From a virus (lineage: Duplodnaviria; Caudoviricetes), in IMG/VR virus record IMGVR_UViG_3300044626_000467, positions 1 through 37,095 of that record: a DNA stretch of 37,095 nucleotides. One strand, 5' to 3'. Below the pieces are notes generated by a model. That model saw only the letters and a program-made list of their open reading frames with translations, did not search any database and was not told where the DNA came from. The number at the start of each line of letters is the position of its first letter. The first letter of the stretch is position 1. Below are positions 8,686 to 18,208 of this stretch, in pieces. Both the position numbers and the translations under genes were made by a program.

Positions 8686-9038
8686 GCGGCATCCTTCTTC
8701 TTCGTGTGAATCCGCAATCCTTTTTGCCGAGTGTCGAGATACCGAGAAGCTTGCATCGCTCCCGTCGGAAGCACTTGGTAAACGCCATCGGAATCAACGA
8801 TCTCATCTCCTCGCTGCGGTAAACCAAAGTTGGTTAGCGTTGCTTGCGAGTAGATGTAGTCGCGCGTAACAAAGCGAATGGTACTCCCATCGGCTTGCAT
8901 GTTTTCCCATTCGGATTGTCCAAGCGTGACGCTAATGCTCGCGCTGCTGCTGCCTCTGCGATAAATCACGGTTCGGGAGACGTGCGCAGCCAACGTACTA
9001 AGAAGCCAGTCAACTCCGGTTCCAAGTACGTCAGCCAT
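8682..9038 (-). CDS. Head-tail joining (head closure) protein
   Basis: VIYRRG...PQRGDEI pattern typical of gpFII-like proteins; position. Confidence 0.65.
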   Translation of the reverse strand: MADVLGTGVDWLLSTLAAHVSRTVIYRRGSSSASISVTLGQSEWENMQADGSTIRFVTRDYIYSQATLTNFGLPQRGDEIVDSDGVYQVLPTGAMQASRYLDTRQKGLRIHTKKKDAA

Positions 9039-9065
9039 CGCGTAAATCTCCAAAACCGTCAATCA

Positions 9066-9431
9066 CTAAGAGAAGTCATCGCTTGAAGTGCGTGTGCCGT
9101 TAAGATCAACTTTCACGACAAGCTGACCGGCTGTCTTTGCGTAAGCACAAACACCAATCAAAATCTTACCGGAACCGGCGCTTGTTGCGGCAACCTGCGT
9201 TGCTTCGGTCAAGTAGACCAAGACGCCGACTGCGTAAGTGTCGCTGCTAACGGCATCCACGTCGTACACTCCAGCGATTTCACCGCGACCGACGCGACCG
9301 TTTGCGACTCCCGATAGCTCGGTAACAACAACGGCCTTTCCGTCAGTCGAAAGGATAATGTCGCCGCTATTCAAGTTGGCGGACGCAGTGAATTCCCGCT
9401 CAGTGGCGGGATGAAACAGTTGAGCACCCAT
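9066..9431 (-). CDS. Capsid cement/decoration protein (DUF2190-like)
   Basis: Gly/Ala/Val-rich, GVYDV, GVLVY, VVKVDLN; downstream of the MCP. Confidence 0.7.
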   Translation of the reverse strand: MGAQLFHPATEREFTASANLNSGDIILSTDGKAVVVTELSGVANGRVGRGEIAGVYDVDAVSSDTYAVGVLVYLTEATQVAATSAGSGKILIGVCAYAKTAGQLVVKVDLNGTRTSSDDFS

Positions 9432-9597
9432 TCTGATTTACCTCTTTATCTTTTTTTGATTTAACTTCTTCAACTCGTTCGGCCCATCCGACGCCAAGCA
9501 GCGATTCAATAACTCCGGGATCGAGGTTGTCGAGGATCGCACCTTGCTTGTAATCATCTTGACCGACTGAAACATCTTTTAACAATCGAATCTTCAT
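9400..9597 (-). CDS. Small head-associated hypothetical protein
   Basis: MKIRLLKDV...LLGVGWAERV, a small-protein type common after MCPs; SD AAAGGAAAG. Confidence 0.6.
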   Translation of the reverse strand: MKIRLLKDVSVGQDDYKQGAILDNLDPGVIESLLGVGWAERVEEVKSKKDKEVNQNGCSTVSSRH

Positions 9598-9620
9598 GCT
9601 GAACTTTCCTTTTGGTTATC

Positions 9621-9679
9621 AGCAAAACAACCGGCCAGACAGGATAAGGAAAGCGAACCTCCCTGACCGGCGTTTTGCT
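9621..9679 (-). terminator. Long stem-loop after the major capsid gene (terminator or mRNA stabiliser)
   Basis: agcaaaac..ccggccag / ctgaccgg.cgttttgct imperfect inverted repeat just after the MCP stop. Confidence 0.55.
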
Positions 9680-9688
9680 TTTCTTCGC

Positions 9689-12223
9689 TTACAAGCTAGC
9701 CGACTGGTTGTAAACCAATCCGCGCCAATCCAAGGCTTTGGCTCCAACGTAGTGGCGTACGTCGATGTTGATACCAAAGCGACCGTTGACGAGCTGCGAG
9801 GTTCGTACAACGGGTGCGCGTCCTGCGCCTTGCAAGTAAACGAATTCAATCGTCCGTGCTTCGCGGCTGACCAAATACCAAGTCGAGGTTGAACCGGATC
9901 GGCTTGTTCCTGCGACTGGATCGACAACACCGTTTGCTAATCGTGGTTCGCTGACGGTCAAAATTCCGTAGCGCGATAGCGGGTTGATCTGACCATCGTT
10001 CGCCGAAGTCGTCACGTTGTTCTGCGACTGGGTTAGCTGGATCGCGGTATCAGCCAAGTCCGGCGGAACAACAATATGCGACGCGGCGAGGCCAATCGAA
10101 GCATCACCATCCTTGAACTTCGCCATTGCTGCGATCGCGGCGGACAAGGTTGCACGTGCTAAAGCAGCGGATCCGAATCGGTTTCCGTCGGTCGTGTTAA
10201 ACAGAGCACGTCCGGTTGCGGAAAGGTTTGCATTGGCGAGCAAGATGTTTGCTGCCAAATCAGGTCGGATTCGGCCAGCGGCTAAACCGAAATCTCTCGG
10301 AGTATCGGCAAGCTTTTGGAAATTGTCGCCAAGAAGATCAGCTTCGTCGATTTCCATCTGACGCGCGAATCGTTCGACGCGGGTTGCTTCCGTCGCCAAG
10401 CTTCGGTAAGCGTGAGCGGCTTCACCACCGATCGGCAAATAAGCAAGGTTGTTGCTTGCTGTCATGCGGATTCGGTTGTGGTTTTCCATATCGGGATTTT
10501 CCGATTCGGTCGTCCATCCGTCGGTAAAGTCGCGGATCTCGTTGTAGCCTTCTAGCACTCGTGCGCCGATGGTTGCACCGTAAAGGTTTGCGACCGAAGA
10601 AGTCGAGAAAGCTGCTTGAAGCAAGTCGGTTCGATCAACCGGAACTTCCTGACCGGAAACACGCAAAGCGTGAGCGGTCAATTCCAGCAGCGACGAATTG
10701 CGGAAGCGGTGAGCATCTTCCAAGATTGCTTGCTTCTGATCGCTGTTGATTGAGGCGCGAAGCCAATCAACCTTGCAAGCGTCGCGGAAGCGGCGTTGCT
10801 GCCACTTGTTCGATTCAACATCTGCACCGCCACGAATCAGCATAGCGGCTTGGAGGCTGGCCATCGTAGTCTGGCTGCTGCTCTTGCTGTGGATCGCTGG
10901 CCCGCTTGGACGAGCTTCGCGGGAAGCTTCAAGGTCTTTTTGCTTGCGAATGGTCAACTCGGTTTTCTCCTGAGTCCAGCCGTTTAGGATCGCGTGCGCT
11001 GCGACGTCCACGGTCTTGCCTTTGATCGAAATCGAAGGGTTTCCGAACTTCGCGCACAAAGAACGGATTTCGGCGGCTTTCTGCGTTTCGCTTGCGAGCT
11101 GAGCGCGAAGGTCGATTGCTTCGGAAGAAGCGGTTGCAACGGGTTTATCTTCCATCGCTTTCACTTCTTCGGACATTTCAGCATCCGCCACCGGAGGAAC
11201 CATTTCCTCCATCACTTCGGCGTACTGCTTCTGTAAAACCATCTTCAGGTCTTCGGATACACTCGCTGGATCGAGGCCCAACGAGGCTACCCATTCTTCA
11301 AAAGTTGGCATCTGTTGTGCCTCCATATATCCCGACTTTTTGGCTAAAACTTCCGTTGCGGTTTCGGGATCTCCCGCGACGGAAACGAACGAAATTTCTT
11401 CAAGCGTCGAAGCGGTTACGACAAGGATCGGCCCATCAAATTGACGACCGTTGACCGTGACTGTTTGCCCTTCGCTTGTGGTTGTGTAGTCATTGATCGA
11501 AAGACCGACTGAAGCTTTCCACGGGAAGCCAGCCCTTCCTGATTGAATCAACTCTTGTGAATCGGCGTTCTGAATTGAGAAAACACCAGTTGCTTCAAGC
11601 TGCGTCCCGTCGTTATTGATTTCGGTCGTGTGACCAACCGGACGCGACGTGTCGTGATCGCGATGAACTGGCAAAGCTTCGGATCGAATCTGCATTCCGC
11701 CAAGATCAACGACAACCGGCCCACTCCAGCGGATCGCTAGCTTCGGATTCATCACGCCGCCAGAATAAGCGTGAAGCACAAAACGCGGCGTTGCTCCGGC
11801 CTCGGCATTAAGCTCAATCGATCCAGTTGCATTGAAGCGAACAGTGTTATCTTTGCTTGCGGTCATTTCTGCCTCAATCTGTCGTACTAGCTTGTTGGCC
11901 CAAACCTTTCCAGGCTCACCGCCCCAAAGTGCGTAAGCGATTCTTCCCGCACTTGGAAAGCCTTTCTCACCCGGCGAGAATCCTTCGCCTTTCTTGTCAA
12001 CTTCATGGCGATCAAAGTAGGCTTTCATCCGTTTCGCGGTTTCCGGCGAGATGTTTTTGCCGTTGCTCAAATCGCGTGCTCTGGCAACCCCAACTTCGGT
12101 TCCGCCTCGGTTGTATTCCCGTCGCCAATCCAAACCACGCTTGGCTTCTTCGCGAACGCCTTTGGGTGGCGAAAAGTCGATGTCATCAATTGCAGCGTTA
12201 AGCTCTGGCTGTGTGTACGGCAT
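9689..12223 (-). CDS. Fused N-terminal helical domain + prohead protease + scaffold + major capsid protein
   Basis: Protease motifs AYSGG, HRDHD..RPVGH, ASVG, LEEISFV..GD; acidic/coiled linker; HK97-fold C-terminus (HIVVPPDL, DWRGL). Confidence 0.88.
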   Translation of the reverse strand: MPYTQPELNAAIDDIDFSPPKGVREEAKRGLDWRREYNRGGTEVGVARARDLSNGKNISPETAKRMKAYFDRHEVDKKGEGFSPGEKGFPSAGRIAYALWGGEPGKVWANKLVRQIEAEMTASKDNTVRFNATGSIELNAEAGATPRFVLHAYSGGVMNPKLAIRWSGPVVVDLGGMQIRSEALPVHRDHDTSRPVGHTTEINNDGTQLEATGVFSIQNADSQELIQSGRAGFPWKASVGLSINDYTTTSEGQTVTVNGRQFDGPILVVTASTLEEISFVSVAGDPETATEVLAKKSGYMEAQQMPTFEEWVASLGLDPASVSEDLKMVLQKQYAEVMEEMVPPVADAEMSEEVKAMEDKPVATASSEAIDLRAQLASETQKAAEIRSLCAKFGNPSISIKGKTVDVAAHAILNGWTQEKTELTIRKQKDLEASREARPSGPAIHSKSSSQTTMASLQAAMLIRGGADVESNKWQQRRFRDACKVDWLRASINSDQKQAILEDAHRFRNSSLLELTAHALRVSGQEVPVDRTDLLQAAFSTSSVANLYGATIGARVLEGYNEIRDFTDGWTTESENPDMENHNRIRMTASNNLAYLPIGGEAAHAYRSLATEATRVERFARQMEIDEADLLGDNFQKLADTPRDFGLAAGRIRPDLAANILLANANLSATGRALFNTTDGNRFGSAALARATLSAAIAAMAKFKDGDASIGLAASHIVVPPDLADTAIQLTQSQNNVTTSANDGQINPLSRYGILTVSEPRLANGVVDPVAGTSRSGSTSTWYLVSREARTIEFVYLQGAGRAPVVRTSQLVNGRFGINIDVRHYVGAKALDWRGLVYNQSASL

Positions 12224-12636
12224 TACGGCTTCAAGACTCCGCTGATTTGGACGTTGAGTTCAAGCAGAGCCGTTGTCGTCGCAATCCCAAGGATCGTCAC
12301 ATAATCCGCGCTCGTTAGGTCGCCGATCGGACAAATTGCGCCCTTCGTTCGGCTGACCGTGTAGACTTCGCCGACTGTTAGCGTTGCACCAAGATTGATT
12401 TTGCCTTTGCTGCCGAGAACAAAGAATCCGCTTGTTGCGGCAGCGGTTAAAGCGATCCCCTTCGCCTCGGCTTTCGCTGCGCCATCGTTCGAGTCGCACT
12501 GGTAGTATTTACCATCGGTGGAACTTAGATAAACCGGCATCCCTTGAGTGATCGATTCGCCAGCGGTGAAGATCGCAATTCGTGCATCTAAAGCACCGAC
12601 GGCGACGTTTGCGGCTGTTTGCGAGAGGTTAGCCAC
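12223..12636 (-). CDS. Second capsid decoration-like protein
   Basis: GTG start with GGAGG SD; AGESITQGMPVYL and GIALTAAA resemble beta-tulip decoration proteins. Confidence 0.55.
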   Translation of the reverse strand: MANLSQTAANVAVGALDARIAIFTAGESITQGMPVYLSSTDGKYYQCDSNDGAAKAEAKGIALTAAATSGFFVLGSKGKINLGATLTVGEVYTVSRTKGAICPIGDLTSADYVTILGIATTTALLELNVQISGVLKP

Positions 12637-14383
12637 TTGCAGCATCCTCCTTTGGAACCGAATCAACACTGCCATCCGAAGCGTCGTCAAGAAGTGCGGC
12701 GACGTTATCCGGCGACAAACCAAGTCCGGAAAGCATCACGGTTGCCATCGTGCGCGTCATCTTCTTGGAAGCGTACTCGGTCAAAATGTCCATGATCGCT
12801 TTACGATTGCGGTTCCACTGGAGGCGAGATAGACCCATGAATTCGCCCGATGCGGAGTTTTGCTCGGCTTGCACTTGCTCGGCCTCCTGCTTCGCTTGTG
12901 CGGCCTGATCGGCGGCTTTCGCTTTCGCTGCTTCTTGCATCTGAAGGACCATCACCTGCTCTTGCGAAAGCATTCCGAGAGCCTTGCGGCGATTAAACTG
13001 CTCCATCAATTCGCGATAGTGTGCTTCGCCGTCGATGTTGTTCTCGGCGAAATACTTTTCTTCCGTCATTAGGCCGTTGTTAATCAAGCTTATCGCAGCG
13101 TTCGCGTCGTCAACCGGATTAGCGGATTTCGCTGGCGGCCATGTCCACTGGTGCGGGATTTCTTCGATCGCATCGATTGCTGGTAGGTAGCCATCGATTA
13201 GTAAAGCTTCATCGAGCCACCAAGAGAAAATCTTGTCGAGGCAAGCGGTCTCCCATTCGTTGCGTTCAATTTCGATCTGGTGATAGTAAAGCTGATGATC
13301 GAGTCGCGCGGAAGAATAGTTGTACTGCGATGAATCGCCGCGGGCCTTGTTAGTTGGCATCCCTAAGCATCGAGCGATCTCCATCAGGATCGCATTGCGG
13401 AAGCTTTCGTAAGTCGTCGTTGGCTGCTCTGGCCGGAACTGCGACATCTTCCAGCCGTAGGGAAGGCTTGTCATCATCCCTCGATCGATTTGAACGTGAT
13501 CGAAAGGAGCCACCGACGTATCAACGGTTTGACCTGTAGAATCGTAAGTGTTCGCAGTCGTCTCAATCACGGCGGCAAAGTCAGCAGCGGTTTCAGCGGC
13601 AAGGATCGTAGCGAGCGTGTAGCGTCGCAGCATCGCGAAAAGAGGAAGTGCGGGTGTGACTTCGGGAATACCTCGAACCTGTCCAGGTCGAACGCGATTG
13701 AAGACGTGAATCATGTCTTGTTCGAAGACGTCTTCTTTTTCGAACGAGTTGATAACCCAAGTATCACCGGGATGCTGTTTCAAAACGTGGTAAATCGTCG
13801 GATTGTTATAGCGATCGAAGATAATCCCATCGACTGCTCCCGGTCGTCCTTCAATCCAACCTGGCGTGGAAATCTGATCGGCTTCAACTAGCTGAACGTC
13901 GAGCTGTACCTGATTGCGGATAATCGGATTGTTGACGCGAAGAAGAAAGGCTTCGCCATCGACGCACTTAGCGAGTCGTGCTGTGCGCAGTTTGCGCGTT
14001 AAGTTGATCGACTTCATCCAGCGGTAAAACTGCCGTTCAATCTCCCTAGCCGCATCGCGGTCTGGAAGCTGAACTTGCAGCCTCGGCCCGGTGCTGACAG
14101 TGTCGTTGGCTAGCGTGTTAACGATGCCATTTCCAAACGAGTTGGCTTCTAGGCATTCGTATCTTGCTCGCTGCCTCAGCGTTTTTCGGATCGTCAGACT
14201 ATTAGCAGCGGAAGCGGAAAGGTCGTCAGCATATCGCCAGTGCTTTTGGTTTTCGCCGGTCGTTTGTGCGGCGTCGTAAGCGGCGGAAAGCTCGGCGCGG
14301 GAATCGGCTCGCATCTTGCGGAGTGCTTCCGCTTGCTTGGTCGCTTGCTGAATCGGTTTGCCGAACTGGTCAACGATTGGCAT
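12629..14383 (-). CDS. Portal protein, lambda family, with C-terminal extension
   Basis: LRQRARY, DGEAF, GIIFD, RPGQVRG.P, NYSSAR motifs. Confidence 0.92.
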   Translation of the reverse strand: MPIVDQFGKPIQQATKQAEALRKMRADSRAELSAAYDAAQTTGENQKHWRYADDLSASAANSLTIRKTLRQRARYECLEANSFGNGIVNTLANDTVSTGPRLQVQLPDRDAAREIERQFYRWMKSINLTRKLRTARLAKCVDGEAFLLRVNNPIIRNQVQLDVQLVEADQISTPGWIEGRPGAVDGIIFDRYNNPTIYHVLKQHPGDTWVINSFEKEDVFEQDMIHVFNRVRPGQVRGIPEVTPALPLFAMLRRYTLATILAAETAADFAAVIETTANTYDSTGQTVDTSVAPFDHVQIDRGMMTSLPYGWKMSQFRPEQPTTTYESFRNAILMEIARCLGMPTNKARGDSSQYNYSSARLDHQLYYHQIEIERNEWETACLDKIFSWWLDEALLIDGYLPAIDAIEEIPHQWTWPPAKSANPVDDANAAISLINNGLMTEEKYFAENNIDGEAHYRELMEQFNRRKALGMLSQEQVMVLQMQEAAKAKAADQAAQAKQEAEQVQAEQNSASGEFMGLSRLQWNRNRKAIMDILTEYASKKMTRTMATVMLSGLGLSPDNVAALLDDASDGSVDSVPKEDAASG

Positions 14384-14607
14384 CAGCCGCGATCTCCGTT
14401 TACGGCGGAACCTTTGCGAATCTTTGCGAAGATAAGCCCGCGCCACGGCGTCGCGGCTCCGGCGTTGGCGGCTCGGTGGCGATCGGCTTCGATAAGCTCT
14501 TGCGTGCTCGCTCTCGTTGCGGAAGTACCGTCTACGCTAACCGATTGCGGCTTGCTGGCTGCTTCTGCGATTTCACCGGGAGTTAAGCTTCCGTCGGCGT
14601 TTGGCAC
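14383..14607 (-). CDS. Head completion protein (gpW-like)
   Basis: Small ORF between terminase and portal; PQSVSVDG...QELIEADR. Confidence 0.6.
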   Translation of the reverse strand: MPNADGSLTPGEIAEAASKPQSVSVDGTSATRASTQELIEADRHRAANAGAATPWRGLIFAKIRKGSAVNGDRG

Positions 14608-14679
14608 TTTTTGAGACTCGCTGTAAGAATTTTGCTACGTTTCGGCTGTAGCGTTCATTCTACTCGACTTGTCTAGTGC

Positions 14680-16860
14680 CTACTCCCGACGACGGTTCAG
14701 AGCTTCGTCCCGCATCTGCTGGAGGCTCTTGCGAGGTCGTTGCAAGACTGGTTGCGGATCGGCTTGCGTCCGAACGCCAACGACCGAAGCAGCCACAAGG
14801 CACATCACCAAGCAATCCAAGAAGTGATTGTCTCGGCCTGTCAATAGCTGCCATTCAACAAGCGTTCGACCTCGACCAGCGGTTTCAATCGCTTGTTCGC
14901 TACAAAGGTGATCGGCGAGCATCCGGTGCTTCATCGGAGAAGCCTTGTAGAGCATCATTGCGCCCGGTTCGCCTTCCGGCTGCTGAAGCCTCTGGTGTAA
15001 GACGGTCTTCCAGTGATTCACGTCCGCGATGATATGTCGCGGAACTTGCTGCCCGGCGTTTGCTGCCGAGATACGCCACTCTGGCCCAACGATCTCACCG
15101 GGCTTTCGCGGCCACTGATTGATCGGAGTTTGCTTGGCAGAAACTCCGCGACCGTGCCACGGAAGCCAAAGTGAACGCTGTTCGGATTGGCGAACGAAAG
15201 AATAAACGGTTTTGGTACTTGGCCCCCAGTTGGCGTCAATTACGATTCGTTCGATCGGCATCGCTGCGCCGTCGTCGCGGACGAACTGACGAGATAGCAA
15301 GTGCGATTCAAGTCGTCTGAGTCCGGAAAGCAAAGAGGCTTCCAGGTTGCCGACTCCGGTTTCGTGCGTGATCGTTCGTTCGATCTCGGAAAGCGTGTAG
15401 TAAATCTTTCCCTGATCTGGCCAAACTCCGTAATCGACGACCCACGAGGTGAAGCCGTCAGCGACGGCTAACACAGCATAGAAGAAAGCGTTTTGCTGAA
15501 TATCGACCGCGCAAACGAGGTGATTCGCTTCGCGGGGAATCTCGCCTTGTGCGTAACCGCTGGCGCGTTGACAAATGACGTCTGCCGTTGCAGCGTGTTT
15601 GCCGGTTTGGTTGCCGAGTGTTTCCTTGGGGTCGTTTTGGTACTCGGCATCGAAGGTATCCGGATTGCCTAGCTTTAGATTCACGGCGTGCTGGATCGCG
15701 GAAAGTTCATGCGGCTCATAGCGTGCTGGCCAGCCGACGATCGAGCCTTCGTCCATCTCTTGCCGGTGCTCGGCGTAGAACTCAGTGGCTTGTGGTAGTT
15801 TGTCGTTACCTTGCTTAAGATCGCTGATTCGCAGTTCAGCGTAGGAGTCCCAGAGTTTTTGATTACTTGGCCATCGGTAAACCATGCGGCAGCGTTCGCC
15901 GTTCCACCTTGGATGAATCGAACGATCGAGGAGTCGGTCTGCCATATCACCGCGACGGATGACCGTACAAGGCATTACACCCGCGATTCGTTTGCCCGGC
16001 CCGGCAAGACCAAGGATCGCACCCGATAAGACGCGTTCGCGCTGAGCGCACTGGTTTTCGGATTTCGCGGAAGCATCGGTTTGGGGGTCGTCAACGATCG
16101 TCAAGTCAGGTCGCATCGATTCGCCATCGGCGTTGACATACTTTGCACCACGGATGCGGCCTAAGAGGCCAGCGACGCGGATAATCGAACCTGAAGCGGC
16201 GGAATCCTTAACCGTCGGCAAAATAATCTGGTTGCCTTTGTAGCCGATGTTCGTTTGCTTGCCGCCGAGCATTTGGCCTTTAGCTCGCTGCGAGATGCCT
16301 TCAAGTTTCTGAATCGGAAAGCAGACTTCCGGAAAGTCTTGCGTAAGGATCAAGTTGGTTTCCAGTTCGACCTTTAGTTCGGCTAGAAGTTCTTTCGCGG
16401 CGTCGGCGGATGCACCAACGAGCATGGCGAATTTGCGGTGGCCGTAGAGAATGGCCCAAAGAAGTGCGCGGACGCAAATCGTGGTTTTGCCGCTGCCGCG
16501 CGGCATAGCAAGTGCAAAGAGGCCACCTTCAAGAATCGCGGTTTCAAGGCGTGCGATGACTTTCCGGTGATCGTCGCCGAAGTCGAGGAGGAAGGATTGC
16601 GGAAAGTACGAAACAAAAAAGGTCATCATCGATCGCGCGGAAGCATCACGGCGTTCTTGATTCGCAACGGTTGGAAGCGGACCGATTTCGCGAACGGTTT
16701 CGTACTCGGCGCGTCGCTTGGTCGCAACTCGATTGCGATGTCGGTCTTCTGCCGACATTTTGCCGGTGACAATCTTTTCGGCCTCGGAAAGCTTTTTGTA
16801 GGCTTTCCAAGCTTTTTCCTTTCCTTCTGCGATTTCCTTGAGACGATCGGATTCAGACAT
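14680..16860 (-). CDS. terL: Terminase large subunit (GpA-like nuclease domain)
   Basis: Walker A MPRGSGKTT, Walker B IVDD, nuclease AVDIQ/DANWG/NHFLDC. Confidence 0.92.
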   Translation of the reverse strand: MSESDRLKEIAEGKEKAWKAYKKLSEAEKIVTGKMSAEDRHRNRVATKRRAEYETVREIGPLPTVANQERRDASARSMMTFFVSYFPQSFLLDFGDDHRKVIARLETAILEGGLFALAMPRGSGKTTICVRALLWAILYGHRKFAMLVGASADAAKELLAELKVELETNLILTQDFPEVCFPIQKLEGISQRAKGQMLGGKQTNIGYKGNQIILPTVKDSAASGSIIRVAGLLGRIRGAKYVNADGESMRPDLTIVDDPQTDASAKSENQCAQRERVLSGAILGLAGPGKRIAGVMPCTVIRRGDMADRLLDRSIHPRWNGERCRMVYRWPSNQKLWDSYAELRISDLKQGNDKLPQATEFYAEHRQEMDEGSIVGWPARYEPHELSAIQHAVNLKLGNPDTFDAEYQNDPKETLGNQTGKHAATADVICQRASGYAQGEIPREANHLVCAVDIQQNAFFYAVLAVADGFTSWVVDYGVWPDQGKIYYTLSEIERTITHETGVGNLEASLLSGLRRLESHLLSRQFVRDDGAAMPIERIVIDANWGPSTKTVYSFVRQSEQRSLWLPWHGRGVSAKQTPINQWPRKPGEIVGPEWRISAANAGQQVPRHIIADVNHWKTVLHQRLQQPEGEPGAMMLYKASPMKHRMLADHLCSEQAIETAGRGRTLVEWQLLTGRDNHFLDCLVMCLVAASVVGVRTQADPQPVLQRPRKSLQQMRDEALNRRRE

Positions 16861-18070
16861 TTTCGCGGTATGCCTGTTTTCCGGTTAGATTTTCCCACCG
16901 CTTCACGATCACATCGCAGTACTGTGGGCTGATCTCCATGCCGTAGCATTTGCGGCCGAGTTGTTCGGCGGCAATGAGAGTGGTGCCGGTTCCGCAAAAC
17001 GGCTCATACACGCTCTTTGATTGGTCGCATAGCGTCTGCATCACCCAAGCCGGAACGTGTAGCGGCATGGTGGCCGCATGGATGTCCGAAAACTCGTTTC
17101 CTCTTTGCGGAGGCGCAACGTAGACGCTCTGGACGGTGCCTCGCCACGATGAGAGCGGGACAGCCCTCGACGCGCCATCGCTGGCGGCAAAGATAATCAT
17201 CCACTCGTAACGCGACGCCATGACTCCGGCCGCCATCGCTGGTGCGGCGTGCCCTTTGTCCCACGTCGCGACATCGACAAGCCTGCCCGCGTTGTCCGCG
17301 ATAAACCTGACTAGGTCTCGCTTGTTTCCAGCCAGCGGCTGCACGTTGACCACCCACGCATCGGACACAGCCCTATCGCTTGTACCGAACCACGCGGACA
17401 TTAGTTCGGCCCACTCGGCGGCGTTGTCTTCGTGGTCATCGTATGCGTTGGCTTTCGCCGCCATTTTTTTGTTGCCAGACAATGCCACCGACTTTCCCAG
17501 AGCATACGGCGGCGACGTGAAACACAAATCCGCCTTCGCCCCAGCCATCAGCCGCTCGACATCCTCCGCCTTCGTGCTGTCCCCGCACAACACCCGATGC
17601 TTTCCGAGAATCCACAAGTCTCCCGGCTTGGTGATCGGATCGACTGGAGGTTCGGGTACGTCGTCTTCGGTGACTTCCTGCGGTTCTTTCAAGATTTCAT
17701 CAAGCTCCTTGAGGTCAAATCCTGCTGCATCACGCAAAGCGTCATCGAGTCCTTCTAGCGTTGCTTTGAGAATCTCATCATCCCATTCAGCGAGTTCCGC
17801 AGTTCGGTTGTCCGCGATCGCATAGGCTGACATATCCGCGCCGGTGAGATCCGATTGAACCACCGCGATCGTTTCCCAGCCGAGTCGCTTGGCGGCTTCA
17901 AGTGTTCCGTTGCCTGCACGAACGACATTAGATAAATCGACAACGATTGGCTTCTGTTGGCCGAAACGGCGAAGGCTCGCCATGATTGATTCGATGTTCC
18001 GATCGGAGTGCTTGCGAGCGTTTGCCGGATCGGAAGAAAGGTCTTTAACGCTGCGTTTTTCAATTTTCAT
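16853..18070 (-). CDS. ParB-like domain + N4/N6 DNA methyltransferase
   Basis: FGQQKPIVV..AGNG..ADNR; SPPY catalytic motif and PFCGTGTT SAM motif. Confidence 0.9.
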   Translation of the reverse strand: MKIEKRSVKDLSSDPANARKHSDRNIESIMASLRRFGQQKPIVVDLSNVVRAGNGTLEAAKRLGWETIAVVQSDLTGADMSAYAIADNRTAELAEWDDEILKATLEGLDDALRDAAGFDLKELDEILKEPQEVTEDDVPEPPVDPITKPGDLWILGKHRVLCGDSTKAEDVERLMAGAKADLCFTSPPYALGKSVALSGNKKMAAKANAYDDHEDNAAEWAELMSAWFGTSDRAVSDAWVVNVQPLAGNKRDLVRFIADNAGRLVDVATWDKGHAAPAMAAGVMASRYEWMIIFAASDGASRAVPLSSWRGTVQSVYVAPPQRGNEFSDIHAATMPLHVPAWVMQTLCDQSKSVYEPFCGTGTTLIAAEQLGRKCYGMEISPQYCDVIVKRWENLTGKQAYRENV

Positions 18071-18086
18071 AAAGTACCACTTTAGA

Positions 18087-18120
18087 TTGATGCACAAACG
18101 GTTGATGCACAAACGGTTGA
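18087..18120. repeat. Tandem 15-bp repeat ttgatgcacaaacgg x2 plus a partial copy
   Basis: Read directly from the sequence. Confidence 0.9.
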
Positions 18121-18165
18121 CCTACAAAAGAGGTAAAGAAAGAAACTGTATCTCAAAATGAGACT

Positions 18166-18208
18166 GATCGCATTGGACACGATCGCATGGCGGGGGCAGG
18201 AAGTACCT
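18166..18208 (-). promoter_or_regulatory. Putative cos packaging site (cosQ-like AGGTACT, 17 bp, symmetric cosN-like element)
   Basis: Intergenic gap upstream of the packaging genes; arrangement resembles lambda cosQ-cosN. Confidence 0.45.

Noticed and set aside
9066-9431. Recombinase annotation sometimes attached to DUF2190-like proteins
   Set aside because: 121 aa, no Walker motifs, located in the head module; better read as a cement protein
18087-18120. CRISPR mini-array
   Set aside because: Two adjacent 15-bp copies with no spacers and no cas genes
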